NCBI GenBank assembly: GCA_945876185.1
Contig: CAMCMZ010000010.1
Span: 4,614 to 68,613 of the forward strand
Length of the DNA stretch: 64,000 nt
From: Candidatus Kuenenia stuttgartensis
GTDB lineage: Bacteria; Planctomycetota; UBA11346
Direction of reading: 5' to 3'
A program made the position numbers and the translations under genes. A model generated the notes under the pieces. That model was not told the DNA's origin. It saw only the letters and a list, made by a program, of their open reading frames with translations, and did not search any database. How positions within the stretch are numbered: position 1 is the first letter of the stretch; each line of letters begins with the position of its first letter. Positions 41,913 to 51,378 of the stretch are shown in pieces.

Positions 41913-43292
41913 TCAGGCGCGCACACTCATCGTCGCCCACGGCCCACGGTAATAGCGCCAGGCCATGGCTCCGGCGACCACCCAGACATAGGCGGCCAGC
42001 AGCAGGTAGCACCAGACCAGCGCCTGATCACCGGCCAGCGCGGGCACCCACCAGATCGGCACCGCCAGGCAGACCACCGATAACAAGACGAGCACCACCA
42101 GCGGCCAACGAGTATCGCCCGCGCCTTGCACCGCGAAGCGCCAGATCCACTGCAGGGCGTCTGCCGGGGCCATGAGCGCCAGGCACGCCATCACCGGTAT
42201 CGCGTGGGCCAGGATGCGCTGCCAGGCTTCCGGGTCATTGCCGCGTCCCGGGGCAAGCAGCTCCGCCGGGAACAGCAGGAAGGCGGCAACGAGCAGGACG
42301 ATGTACGGCACCAGCAGCAGCATGGCAGAGCGCACCGCCGTGCGCGCGAGTTCCGGCCGACCGGCGCCGACCGCCGAGCCGGTGGCGATCGCGACACCCT
42401 GGCTGAAGCCGATCACCGGGACGAGCACCACCAGGTAGGTCGAAAACGCCAGGTTGCTCGCAGCCAACCGGTCTGTTCCAAGGTGGCTGACCACGGCGGT
42501 GAAGACGACAAACGCGGTCATCTCCAGGATTTCGGTGATCCCGCGTGGCACGGCGTAGCGGCAGAAACGTGCGATGCGCGCCCGGTCGAGGTTGCGCGCA
42601 TCCCAGGTGTGGAACTGGTGCCGCAGCGCCGGGCTGAAGAACCAAACCAGCCAGGCGGCGAGCATGGCGAGCGAAGTGCCCAAGCTGGCGATGCCCGCCC
42701 CGGTGACGCCGAGCGCCGGCACGCCCAGCCCACCCAGGACCAGCCAGTAGTTCAACCCGATGCAGATGACCGCACCGGCCAGGCCGAAGGCGAGCACCAG
42801 CCGGGTGCGGCCAAGTCCGCCGCAGAAGGCGGCGATGCCCATGCACGCCGCGATCGGGCCGGTCTCGGCGAGGTACCAGCCGAGCAGTTCCGCGAGTTTG
42901 CCCTCGACCGCAGGTTCGGTGCCGAAGGCGCTGGCCAGCAGGTGGCGGAAGGGGATGAGCGCGAGGGAGACCAGCAGTGCGGCGCCGGCAACCAGGAACA
43001 TCGGCCACGCCATCGCCCCGGCTTCACGGTCTTCGCGAGCGGCGTGGTGCTGGGCGGCGAAGGTGCCCAGGTAAGCGCAGGTGAGAATGAACAGACTCTG
43101 TCCGGTCCAGGCCAGCATCCCCGCCGGCAGGCTGGCGGCGAGAGCTTCGGGGCCCGACCAGGACAGCACCGTGCGGTTGACATAATGTAGAAAAAAACCA
43201 AGCCCGTTGCTGAGTGCCAGCGGCAGCGCGAGGGCGGCCAGCCCGCGCGGCGTCGCCAGGGACGCCGGATCCTGCGGGGTCTGGGTGGTCAT
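41913..43292 (-). CDS. MATE-family efflux transporter
   Basis: About 12 predicted TM segments. The N-terminus LALPLALSNGLGFFLHYVNRTVLSW is typical of MATE (NorM-like) proteins. I chose the ATG at 43292. Confidence 0.8.
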   Translation of the reverse strand: MTTQTPQDPASLATPRGLAALALPLALSNGLGFFLHYVNRTVLSWSGPEALAASLPAGMLAWTGQSLFILTCAYLGTFAAQHHAAREDREAGAMAWPMFLVAGAALLVSLALIPFRHLLASAFGTEPAVEGKLAELLGWYLAETGPIAACMGIAAFCGGLGRTRLVLAFGLAGAVICIGLNYWLVLGGLGVPALGVTGAGIASLGTSLAMLAAWLVWFFSPALRHQFHTWDARNLDRARIARFCRYAVPRGITEILEMTAFVVFTAVVSHLGTDRLAASNLAFSTYLVVLVPVIGFSQGVAIATGSAVGAGRPELARTAVRSAMLLLVPYIVLLVAAFLLFPAELLAPGRGNDPEAWQRILAHAIPVMACLALMAPADALQWIWRFAVQGAGDTRWPLVVLVLLSVVCLAVPIWWVPALAGDQALVWCYLLLAAYVWVVAGAMAWRYYRGPWATMSVRA

Positions 43293-43372
43293 GGGGCGGG
43301 CAGGGTGGTCACGATATCGCGGCGGACAACCACCACGGTTGACGATCGCCCGCAACGACCTGAGGCTCCGGC

Positions 43373-44503
43373 ATGCTCACCACCGCGCTTCCCCACCTCG
43401 CCAACGTCCTGCGTTCCCGCGCCCAGGAGATCGACCAGTTAGAGGTCGTCGCCGGCTTCGACGGATTCGTCGACGAGATGACCTCGGTGGTCGAGGAACG
43501 CACCTCGCTGACCACCTTCCAGCCAGTCGCCAGCCTTGCCACCATGGCTGGATATTTCCAAGCTGCTGCCGGGCGTTCAGCCCTGCGCGAGATCGTCATC
43601 CACCGCCGCGATGCCGGCGGCTGTGCGGTGAATCTGGGCGATGGCATTGCCGCGCTCGGGGTGAAACTGGATTACTTCGGCACCATCGGCACCCCGCGCG
43701 TGCCCGCCTTCGACGCCTTCGCCGGGGTTTGCCGTTCGTGCACCGCCTGGGGTCGCGAACCCGGTCGCACGCTCGCACTCGAGTTCACCGACGGCAAGTA
43801 CATGCTGTGCTCGGTCAGCCAACTCGCCGAGTTCACCCCCGAGCTGCTCGACCGCGTCCTTGCCGATGGCGCGTTTCTCACCGCCTGCCGCCGCGCCAAG
43901 GCCATCGCGATCACCAACTGGACCCTCTACCCGCACATGACCGCCTGTTGGAAACATCTGCAGAAACAGGTGTTTTCGCAACTCGATCATCGTCCCGCGT
44001 TCTTCTTCGATCTGGTCGACCCCAGCAACCGCAGCAGCGACGACATCCGGGGCATGCTGGCCGCGCTGGCCGGGTTCACCGCCCATGGCGAAACGACCCT
44101 GGGCCTGAACGGCAACGAAGGCAACGCTATGGCGCGCATCCTGGGTCTTGCCACCTGCACCGAGGACCCCGCCGCGCTCGCGACGCAGGCCGCCGCGATC
44201 CGCGCTGCCCTGAAGATCGACGCAGTGGTCATCCACGGCGTACACCAGGCTGCGGTGGCCGACGCCGCCGGTACGGCCCACGCCCCGACCCCGTTTTGCG
44301 CCAAGCCGAAGAAACTCACTGGTGCCGGCGACCGCTTCAACGCGGGCTACATCCTCGGCCGCTGCCTCGGGCTCGATCCGCGCACGCGTCTGTTCCTGGG
44401 CAACGCGACCAGCGGATTGTTTGTGCGCCAGGCGCGCTCGGCCAGCCGGGGCGAACTCCTTGCTCTGATCGAAAATTGGGCCGCCGGAACGCTCGCGGAC
44501 TGA
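43373..44503 (+). CDS. PfkB/ribokinase-like superfamily kinase (atypical, long)
   Basis: C-terminal anion-hole motif KKLTGAGDRFNAGYILG. The N-terminal VVAGFDGFVDE is reminiscent of ADP-dependent sugar kinases. It is a paralog of the fragment at 2-379. Confidence 0.6.
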   Translation: MLTTALPHLANVLRSRAQEIDQLEVVAGFDGFVDEMTSVVEERTSLTTFQPVASLATMAGYFQAAAGRSALREIVIHRRDAGGCAVNLGDGIAALGVKLDYFGTIGTPRVPAFDAFAGVCRSCTAWGREPGRTLALEFTDGKYMLCSVSQLAEFTPELLDRVLADGAFLTACRRAKAIAITNWTLYPHMTACWKHLQKQVFSQLDHRPAFFFDLVDPSNRSSDDIRGMLAALAGFTAHGETTLGLNGNEGNAMARILGLATCTEDPAALATQAAAIRAALKIDAVVIHGVHQAAVADAAGTAHAPTPFCAKPKKLTGAGDRFNAGYILGRCLGLDPRTRLFLGNATSGLFVRQARSASRGELLALIENWAAGTLAD

Positions 44504-44563
44504 ACTCCCGGCGGGTGAGGTCGCCTTCCAAAGAACTCGCCGCAATTTGCCGCAGCACAGTTG

Positions 44564-44630
44564 ATGGCCACAAAGAACACAAAGGCCACAAATCGCCATC
44601 CTATGTGATCCTTGTGTTCTCTGTGGCCAT
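44564..44630. repeat. Long inverted repeat (21-bp stem) flanked by ~28-bp imperfect direct repeats
   Basis: ATGGCCACAAAGAACACAAAGG (44564-44585) pairs with CCTTGTGTTCTCTGTGGCCAT (44610-44630). The flanking direct repeats begin CCAAAGAAC at 44528 and 44644. Confidence 0.75.
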
Positions 44631-44748
44631 TCCCCTGCATTTCCCAAAGAACCCGGCAGATTTGTTCAGCCCACGCGGCAGATGAGAACGGTTCTTCGGA
44701 TGGTCAGGGTGAGGTCGAGGTTTGAAGTCCATCGCCTTGCTTTCCTGA

Positions 44749-45573
44749 GTGGACGCGAAACCTGCGCCTGCCATGGAAACAGCAGCCATCCCGGCGGTCG
44801 AAACCGCCGCACGCGAGATCCCCAGCGTGCTCAGCGCCGAGGCCTGGGCTGCCCTGGCCACGCCCGAGGCGCTGCTCGCGGTCGCCACCCTGACCGCGCT
44901 CGAGATCGTGCTCGGGATCGACAACATCGTCTTCCTGAGCGTGCTCACCGGACGCCTGCCCGTCGCTGAGCGTCCCTTTGCGCGCCGGGTCGGGCTGCTG
45001 CTCGCCATGGGCATGCGCATCCTGCTCCTGCTGTCGATCACCTGGATCATGTCGCTGACCCGGCCGCTGCTGACCATCGCCGGCATCGGCCTCACCGGCC
45101 AGCGCCTGATCCTGCTCGCGGGCGGCGCCTTCTTGCTGTGGAAATCGGTGAAGGAGATCCATCACAAGGTCGAAGGCGCCGAGGAACACCACACCTCGGG
45201 ATCCAACGTGGTGAAGGCCACCTTGGCGAGTGTGCTCATCCAGGTCGCCCTGATTGATCTCGTGTTTTCCCTCGATTCGGTGATCACGGCGGTCGGCATG
45301 ACCACCAACATTCCCTCCATGATCGTGGCCGTGATGGTCTCAGTCGGGGTGATGATGTGGGCGGCCGGACCCATCGGCGACTTCGTTGAACGCCATCCGG
45401 CGGTGAAGATCCTCGCCTTGTCGTTCCTGATCCTGATCGGGGTGCTGTTGATCGCCGAGGGTCTGGGCCAGCACCTCGACAAGGGCTACATCTACTTCGC
45501 GATGGCCTTCGCCCTCGGGGTTGAACTCCTGCAGATCCGCATGCAGAAAAAGGCCGGCCAGGGACCGGGATGA
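44749..45573 (+). CDS. terC: TerC-family integral membrane protein
   Basis: TerC signature region ALEIVLGIDNIVFLSVL, a second repeat VFSLDSVITAVGM, and multiple TM helices. Confidence 0.85.
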   Translation: MDAKPAPAMETAAIPAVETAAREIPSVLSAEAWAALATPEALLAVATLTALEIVLGIDNIVFLSVLTGRLPVAERPFARRVGLLLAMGMRILLLLSITWIMSLTRPLLTIAGIGLTGQRLILLAGGAFLLWKSVKEIHHKVEGAEEHHTSGSNVVKATLASVLIQVALIDLVFSLDSVITAVGMTTNIPSMIVAVMVSVGVMMWAAGPIGDFVERHPAVKILALSFLILIGVLLIAEGLGQHLDKGYIYFAMAFALGVELLQIRMQKKAGQGPG

Positions 45574-46031
45574 TCTCCGTCGTGCATCTTCCGGTGCTGT
45601 TGCTGGGCGTCGCCGGCATGGCTGCGGTCTTCGCCAAGGTCGAGATCCACATCGAGGGAAAAGACGGCTGGGCCGGGTCCCTGCCGACCTGGCGCATCGA
45701 AAAGCATTGGCTGCTCGATGTTTTCTTTGGCGGCCGGCCGCTGACCGGCTATCACGCCTGGGCCCTACCGTTTTCGCTGCTGATTTTCCACTTTCCGCTG
45801 CTCTTCGCCTGGGACTGGTCGTGGCGGCTCGAAGCTCGTTGCCTCGCCTGCCTGATGGTGTTCTGGATCATCGAGGACCTGCTCTGGTTCATCCTCAACC
45901 CTGCCTGGGGCTGGCGACGGTTCACACCGACTGAGGTCCGCTGGCACAAGCACTGGTTGTTCGGCCTGCCCACCGATTACTGGACCTTCGCCATCATTGC
46001 CGCAGGTCTGCTGTGGTTCGCCTATCGCTGA
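45570..46031 (+). CDS. Trp-rich integral membrane protein of unknown function
   Basis: Start overlaps the terC stop (ATGA at 45570-45573). Four hydrophobic segments. No domain recognised. Confidence 0.5.
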   Translation: MISVVHLPVLLLGVAGMAAVFAKVEIHIEGKDGWAGSLPTWRIEKHWLLDVFFGGRPLTGYHAWALPFSLLIFHFPLLFAWDWSWRLEARCLACLMVFWIIEDLLWFILNPAWGWRRFTPTEVRWHKHWLFGLPTDYWTFAIIAAGLLWFAYR

Positions 46032-46076
46032 CGCAGGCTGACTATGCGGCCATGGGCGGCGGGGCCGCGACCAGGA

Positions 46077-46640
46077 TCACTTGATGCCGAGCAGCTTTTT
46101 CCGGAGATCGCTGTCAATTGGGTCGTCACCGAGCCAGATCGAGAACTGCACCTTGGCGAAGGCCGCGCCAGGCACGGTGCCCAGGTCGCGTCCGTTGAGC
46201 GCCATCGTGGTGCCGACACCGGGCCGGTAGATGAGGTCCAGCACGTCGTTCTCCTTCACCTCCGGCCAGAGCGGGTTGATCGCGGCCACGCCGGCGTCGA
46301 CCTCGGCTTTGGGGGTGTTACCGAGACGCTTGGCGCAATGCTCGATGTTCGCCTCGGCCTGCTCCTTGGCGGTGCATCCACGCAGCCAGGTGAACGACAG
46401 CCGGCGCGGATGCTCGCCCAGCGCCGCCGTCGCCGCCACCCCAGCGGGCAGATAGCAGCGCACGTCGTAGATCTTGAACCAGAAATAAGTGTAGCGGCCC
46501 TGACCGCGCAGGGGCAGGGCGGCGATCACGGGCGCTGTGGCGGCGGGAACCGCCGGAGTCGGATCCGTCGGTCGGACTACTGGCACCTCGCCGGCAGCGA
46601 CGCACCCGAGCAGGGTCAGGATGGACAGGTGGCGGCGCAT
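46077..46640 (-). CDS. Periplasmic chalcone-isomerase-like family protein
   Basis: Signal peptide MRRHLSILTLLGCVAAG. The pattern GRYTYFWFKIYDVRCYLP...FAKVQFSIWLGDDPIDSDLRKKLLG resembles the bacterial Chalcone_3-type family. I recognised this from memory only. Confidence 0.5.
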   Translation of the reverse strand: MRRHLSILTLLGCVAAGEVPVVRPTDPTPAVPAATAPVIAALPLRGQGRYTYFWFKIYDVRCYLPAGVAATAALGEHPRRLSFTWLRGCTAKEQAEANIEHCAKRLGNTPKAEVDAGVAAINPLWPEVKENDVLDLIYRPGVGTTMALNGRDLGTVPGAAFAKVQFSIWLGDDPIDSDLRKKLLGIK

Positions 46641-46726
46641 GGTTCGCTGGGGGTCACCTTGCTCAGCGCTTCACTTGGTGAAAGACGGAAAAACCGCAAC
46701 CCACGACAGTGGCCAGGATCTGATCC

Positions 46727-49700
46727 TCAGCGCAGCAGGTCGCGCTCTGAACCGTTGGCGACTTCGCGTACCCATATCAGGTCCGGGCCGAGGCCGATGC
46801 GGATGATGGCATCGTTGGCCAGGCGGTAGACCAGCACGCTGACGCCGTCGCTGTCGACCCGCTCGGGCGCACCCAGGACCTGTTCGACCTCGGCGCGCTT
46901 CATGCCGACGCGCAGCGATTTCAGGGTCTCGCGGGCGAGCGCGGGCCGCAGGCCTGGGTTCGCACCCAGATTCGCACCGGCGCCAACGGTCGCCACGCCG
47001 ATCGGGATGTTCTCGCCCTTGCGGTCGAGGCGCAGGGTCAGGCGCTGGCTGCGTTCGGTCGGCCGACCCCAGTCGAGGATCACCGTCGCGCTGACCGTGG
47101 CCGGGCCAAGGAGGCCGGTCTGGCGCGAGCCATAATAGTGCGCCTTGATCTGGTAATTCCCTGCCCCAGCGCGGCGCAGCAGGTATTCCTCGGGGCCATA
47201 CCCCTGGGTGCAGTCGGGCGAGACCAGCCCACCGCAGGCGGTGCGATTCTTGCCATAGAAGGCTTCTTCGCCGTCCGGTTGCAGCACATGCAGGTCGAGG
47301 TCGGTCGCATCGGCGTCCCAGCCCATGACGATGCGAAGGTCGCAGTCGAGGTTCGCACGCAGGCGGCTGTCGAGGTCGGGCACGCGTACGCCGGCGATGG
47401 TGCTGGAACGGGCAACCAGGCGGTTGAACTCCTCGAGCGCGATGACCTCGCACTGCGGGAAGCGATCCCAGTTGCCGTCGATGGTCCAGCGTTCGCCGAG
47501 ATCGCGGTCTTCGAGCGGTTGGCGCTTGATCACCCGCGTCAGCAGTTCCAGCGCCTCGCTGGCGTCGGGAGCCGCCTTCATCGCATCAAAACGATTGGCC
47601 AGGGCCAGGGCGAGATCGCGGTAGGATTGCGGTTCCTCGGGTCGCAGACGCAGGACCTTGCGTAAGCTTGCGATTGCGCCGTCGAGTTCGCCCGCGTCCT
47701 GCAAGCGCCACGCCAGCACGCGCAGCAGGCTGGGGTCGTCGAGTTTCAGTTCCGCCAGGTTGGAGAGCACGCGCAGACCGAGACGCTTGTCCTGCGTCAG
47801 CACCAGCCCGGCGCAGTCGAGCACCGCCGCCGGGGTGGTGATGAGCGACGGCCGTTGCGCCAGCCAGGCGTCGTAGGCCTTGCCCGGCCCGGCGGCGCGC
47901 AGGGTGGTCAGCCAGGGGGTGTCGGGGTTCCATGCCGTGATGGTAATGGAAGCTTGGGCTGGTTGCTCTGGGTCACCGATAGCCTTAGGTTTCAGTGCTC
48001 TTTCACGCCTTCCGCCTTGGCGAAAACCGACGGGCCCGGATTCGCTGCTGCCAGCACCGACGGTCGTGAAAGCGCCTTGACCGCCCAATTCGATATCAGA
48101 AACCGCCTCTTCGCGACCTTTCGGAGCAGCCTCTTCGCGCGGCTCTGCGATCCCTGCCACCGCCCTTGGAGAGGCGGCGGGTGCCGTAGTCTGGACTGAA
48201 GGTGAAGGGGGGGTGGCTGGCGAAGATGGAATCGGTGCTGCCCCTGACCCCGATGGTTCGGGGCGTCCGACATCTCCAAACAACAGTTGCTGCTTGATGG
48301 GAAACTTCCCCTCCCACCACCGCACCCGTTCCGACCACCACTGCACCAGCCGTTCCTGATGCCCGTTCCAGCGCTGGTTCTGCTGCTGCTGGCGGCCTTT
48401 GAGCTGGGCCAGGTACTGGGTCTGGAGTTCCGGCCAGGTTGCCGGCGGTTCGACGCCGTGGCGCACGTACTGGTCGAGGCTTTCGAGCACCAGCAGCGAG
48501 GTGCCGGCGGTCACCACGCCGTAGGACCGGCCGAGCGCGAGCAACGACGCGCGGTTCGCGTCGGGGAAGACCGCGAGTTCCGCCGCCTTCGCTCCGGCCC
48601 AGGCGCGGGCGACCGCGCTGCCGGGTACCGAGGCAGCACTGCGCAGCTCGACATTCCTGCCATCACCGTAGCGCCAGCGCAGGGTCGCCTGGCCGTCGCC
48701 GCGCAGGCGGGCGAGGATGAGCGTGCGCTCGCCCCGGGTCGCGGTCTGCACCTCGTCGATGATTCCCGGCGCGGCATCGAGGCGCTGGAACGGGTTGCCC
48801 TCACCCAGCAGTCCGGCGAGCGCGGCGAAGGGTTCCGTGGTCGTGAGGTCGACGACCTGGCCGCCACTGCGTGCGGCGATGAGGCGCAGGAAAGCCTCGT
48901 CATGGTTGGGCTCATGCATGGCGGCAAACACCGGCACGTCTCCGCCAGCGGGCAGACCCTCACTCCAGGTGCCCAGGCCGTCGCTGATCAGCAGCCAGGC
49001 CGCATCAGCGGGGTTGGGCAGGGCGGCGCGGCGCAGATCGAGTCCAGCGAGGTTGCTCGCGCCGTCGTACGGCAGCGCCGCGAGGTGCGCATCGAGCTTG
49101 CCGGCGTCAGTGAAGGCGATCGGCGGCTGCGTTGCCAGATCAAAGCTGACCAGATCGATCGTCAGGCCCGGCACCGCCCGGAAGAGCGCGGCCAGGAGTT
49201 TGCGTCCGCGTTCAGCCCCGGCTGGCGTGGTCGAACCACTGGCATCCCAGGCCACCGCGACGCGCTGCGGCCGGCGGTTGCTGGCCGCCTCATTGGGACC
49301 GGCTTTCGCGCTGATCACGGCAAATCGCTCACCGTTGCGTTCCTCGATCTGGGTCAGCACCGTCGGCAGGTTGGGCAGTCGCACCAGCAGGTCATCGCCG
49401 GGAGTCACGTCCTGCATGGTCGTTTCCGCGCGCTGGCCGTGGGCCCAGCGGGTCAGGCGCAGGTCGCCGAAGCCGCCAAGCACCGGTTCGACCCCGGGCG
49501 CGCTGATCTCGACCGTCAGCTTCAGCTGCGGGATCGCGGTGCGCGGCAGGGGCAGGCGCAGGGCGGCCTCGTCGCCACGCACGGTCAGAGGTGCGGTCCA
49601 GACCACTTTCACCGTGCGCGTGCCGTTGGCAGGCAGCGGGAAGATGCGGGTGCGGAAGGCGTTGCCGCGCACGAGTTCGACCAGCCCGGGATCGACGCGG

Positions 49701-50083
49701 CGGCGGCTTTCCGTTTCCAGCACCACGCGCGCCTTGTCCTGCGCCACGATCACGCCGTCGACCATGCGCCCGTTCACATCCAGGGCATAGCCGCCCACTG
49801 CCGCGCCGTCGGGCAGGGGGAACTCCAGTTCGCCCGACAACTGCCGGGGATTGGGATTCAGCAGCACCATGGTGGTGGTGACCTCGGCCAGGACGCCCCG
49901 CACCTGGGCGCTGATATCCAGGCGCTGGAGCACAATCGGCTGCTCGTTCGGCGGCAGCACGATCTTGGGCGGCTGGACCGGCGGTATCGGCCACGGTGGC
50001 GGCATTACCGGAGGAACTTCGATCGCCCAGGCACCAGCGCAGAAGGCGGCGCAGGTCAGGAGGACGGCGAGCAGGTGGCGCAT
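46727..50083 (-). CDS. Secreted VIT - vWA - TPR - DUF2135 - BamE-like multidomain protein
   Basis: The ATG at 50083 gives the signal peptide MRHLLAVLLTCAAFCAGAWA. VIT-like block: VTTTMVLLNPNPRQLSGELEFPLPDGAAVGGYALDVNGRMVDGVIV...RTRIFPLPANGTRTVKV. vWA MIDAS-like: VAVAWDASGS. DUF2135-like: DLDLHVLQPDGEEAFYGKNRT...GYGPEEY...NYQIKAHYYG. C-terminal SmpA/BamE-like: LRVGMKRAEVEQVLGAP. Confidence 0.85.
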   Translation of the reverse strand: MRHLLAVLLTCAAFCAGAWAIEVPPVMPPPWPIPPVQPPKIVLPPNEQPIVLQRLDISAQVRGVLAEVTTTMVLLNPNPRQLSGELEFPLPDGAAVGGYALDVNGRMVDGVIVAQDKARVVLETESRRRVDPGLVELVRGNAFRTRIFPLPANGTRTVKVVWTAPLTVRGDEAALRLPLPRTAIPQLKLTVEISAPGVEPVLGGFGDLRLTRWAHGQRAETTMQDVTPGDDLLVRLPNLPTVLTQIEERNGERFAVISAKAGPNEAASNRRPQRVAVAWDASGSTTPAGAERGRKLLAALFRAVPGLTIDLVSFDLATQPPIAFTDAGKLDAHLAALPYDGASNLAGLDLRRAALPNPADAAWLLISDGLGTWSEGLPAGGDVPVFAAMHEPNHDEAFLRLIAARSGGQVVDLTTTEPFAALAGLLGEGNPFQRLDAAPGIIDEVQTATRGERTLILARLRGDGQATLRWRYGDGRNVELRSAASVPGSAVARAWAGAKAAELAVFPDANRASLLALGRSYGVVTAGTSLLVLESLDQYVRHGVEPPATWPELQTQYLAQLKGRQQQQNQRWNGHQERLVQWWSERVRWWEGKFPIKQQLLFGDVGRPEPSGSGAAPIPSSPATPPSPSVQTTAPAASPRAVAGIAEPREEAAPKGREEAVSDIELGGQGAFTTVGAGSSESGPVGFRQGGRRERALKPKAIGDPEQPAQASITITAWNPDTPWLTTLRAAGPGKAYDAWLAQRPSLITTPAAVLDCAGLVLTQDKRLGLRVLSNLAELKLDDPSLLRVLAWRLQDAGELDGAIASLRKVLRLRPEEPQSYRDLALALANRFDAMKAAPDASEALELLTRVIKRQPLEDRDLGERWTIDGNWDRFPQCEVIALEEFNRLVARSSTIAGVRVPDLDSRLRANLDCDLRIVMGWDADATDLDLHVLQPDGEEAFYGKNRTACGGLVSPDCTQGYGPEEYLLRRAGAGNYQIKAHYYGSRQTGLLGPATVSATVILDWGRPTERSQRLTLRLDRKGENIPIGVATVGAGANLGANPGLRPALARETLKSLRVGMKRAEVEQVLGAPERVDSDGVSVLVYRLANDAIIRIGLGPDLIWVREVANGSERDLLR

Positions 50084-50318
50084 GAGGATCTCCGTTCGGT
50101 GGAAGATGAACGGCGGCAGTTGGCCAGCGTTCAGTCGGGATGGAATCGTCCGCCGGCGCGCTGTCGACGCGGCGTGGCGCCGGCCGGCATGCTGGCGCGT
50201 GGGAACGGCACGCGTGTAACGCGTCGGTAACAACGGCGTTCCCTCCGCCTACGGCAGCGGGCGGGAGATGGTTCGGGGAGGATTGACAGCATGTCAGTCA
50301 CCATATCGTACATTCACG

Positions 50319-50669
50319 ATGACTAGGCCAGACCAATGCTGCGATCAGCCGGCCGACTGCGCCAACCCTCCGGCGCAGCGCCCAGCCCCGTCTCCGCTTG
50401 ATGAACAGGAAACGGAACTCGCCGACCTCGCCAAGGCGATCGCCCATCCGGCGCGGGTGCGCATCCTCAAATTGCTGGTCGAACGGAATTCCTGCGTCTG
50501 TGGCGACATTGTCGATGAATTGCCGCTGTCCCAATCGACGGTCTCGCAGCACCTCAAGCAGTTGAAGGACGCGGGGCTGATCCAAGGGGAAATCGACGGA
50601 CCCCGGGTGTGCTACTGCGTCAACGCCGCCAGACTGAAGCGCCTCAAAGTGCTGATCGCCGGCATATGA
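50319..50669 (+). CDS. arsR: ArsR/SmtB-family metalloregulator
   Basis: Winged-helix motif [11 protein letters not shown]...[29 protein letters not shown], with the As(III)-type CVC motif. It is the first gene of an ars cluster. Confidence 0.85.
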   Translation: MTRPDQCCDQPADCANPPAQRPAPSPLDEQETELADLAKAIAHPARVRILKLLVERNSCVCGDIVDELPLSQSTVSQHLKQLKDAGLIQGEIDGPRVCYCVNAARLKRLKVLIAGI

Positions 50670-50682
50670 TCGGATCCTTACG

Positions 50683-51378
50683 ATGAATAAGCTGGCACCG
50701 CGCCTGCTCGCCGAGTTCCTCGGCACCCTTGGCCTGCTCGCGGTCGTGGTCGGGTCGGGGATCATGGCCGAGCGTCTGGCCGGCGGCAACGTGGCGGTGG
50801 CGCTGCTCGCCAATGCGCTCGCCACCGGGGCCGCCCTGATCGCGTTGATCGCGGCCTTCGGTGGCGTCAGCGGGGCCCACTTCAACCCGGTGGTGAGCGC
50901 GATGCAGGCCTGGCGCGGTGCGATCACCGGGAAGACGGCGGTGGCCTATGGCGTGGCCCAGGTGATCGGCGCCCTGGCAGGTGTGGTGCTGGCCCATGCC
51001 ATGTTCGAGTTGCCGCTCGTCCAGTGCTCGGCCCACATCCGTACCGGAATCGGGCAATGGTTGAGCGAGATCGTCGCCACCGTTGGACTCCTCTTGGTCA
51101 TCCACGGCACCGTCCGCCATCGCCCGGACGCCGTGCCCTACGCGGTGGCCGGCTATGTCACCGCCGGCTACTGGTTCACCGCCTCGACCTGTCTCGCCAA
51201 TCCGGCCGTCACCATCGCCCGCGCCTGCACCGACACCTTTTCCGGAATCCGACCGCAGGATGCGCCGGGTTTCATCCTGGCGCAGATCGTTGGCTTGGTG
51301 TTGGCGCTGGCGTTGATGTGCCTCTTGCAAAACTCCGAGGAAAACCCCGTGGAAAACCCCAAGGAAAAACACAAATGA
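50683..51378 (+). CDS. aqpS: Aquaglyceroporin (MIP family), AqpS-like arsenite channel
   Basis: Two NPA-type boxes (HFNPVVS and LANPAVTIAR) and six TM segments. It lies between arsR and arsC. Confidence 0.8.
   Translation: MNKLAPRLLAEFLGTLGLLAVVVGSGIMAERLAGGNVAVALLANALATGAALIALIAAFGGVSGAHFNPVVSAMQAWRGAITGKTAVAYGVAQVIGALAGVVLAHAMFELPLVQCSAHIRTGIGQWLSEIVATVGLLLVIHGTVRHRPDAVPYAVAGYVTAGYWFTASTCLANPAVTIARACTDTFSGIRPQDAPGFILAQIVGLVLALALMCLLQNSEENPVENPKEKHK

Noticed and set aside
44504-44748. yybP-ykoY (Mn2+) riboswitch upstream of terC.
   Set aside because: By eye I could not find the conserved GGGGAGUAG-type and paired-loop core sequences. Only a generic long hairpin is present. A covariance-model search is needed for a definitive answer.
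46046-46068. Hairpin GCGGCC-11 nt-GGCCGC between convergent genes, considered as a terminator.
   Set aside because: Neither side has a T- or A-run and the stem is short. It is too weak to call as a feature.
48287-50230. 647-aa ORF on the plus strand. There are similar long ORFs at 55453-56706 (-), 57703-59565 (+), 24300-25583 (-), 42126-43190 (+), 43207-44685 (+), 43577-44647 (-) and 39735-40838 (+).
   Set aside because: All of them fully overlap genes that have clear domain signatures on the opposite strand or in another frame. They show the Arg/Gly/Pro/Ala bias of non-coding frames in high-GC DNA.
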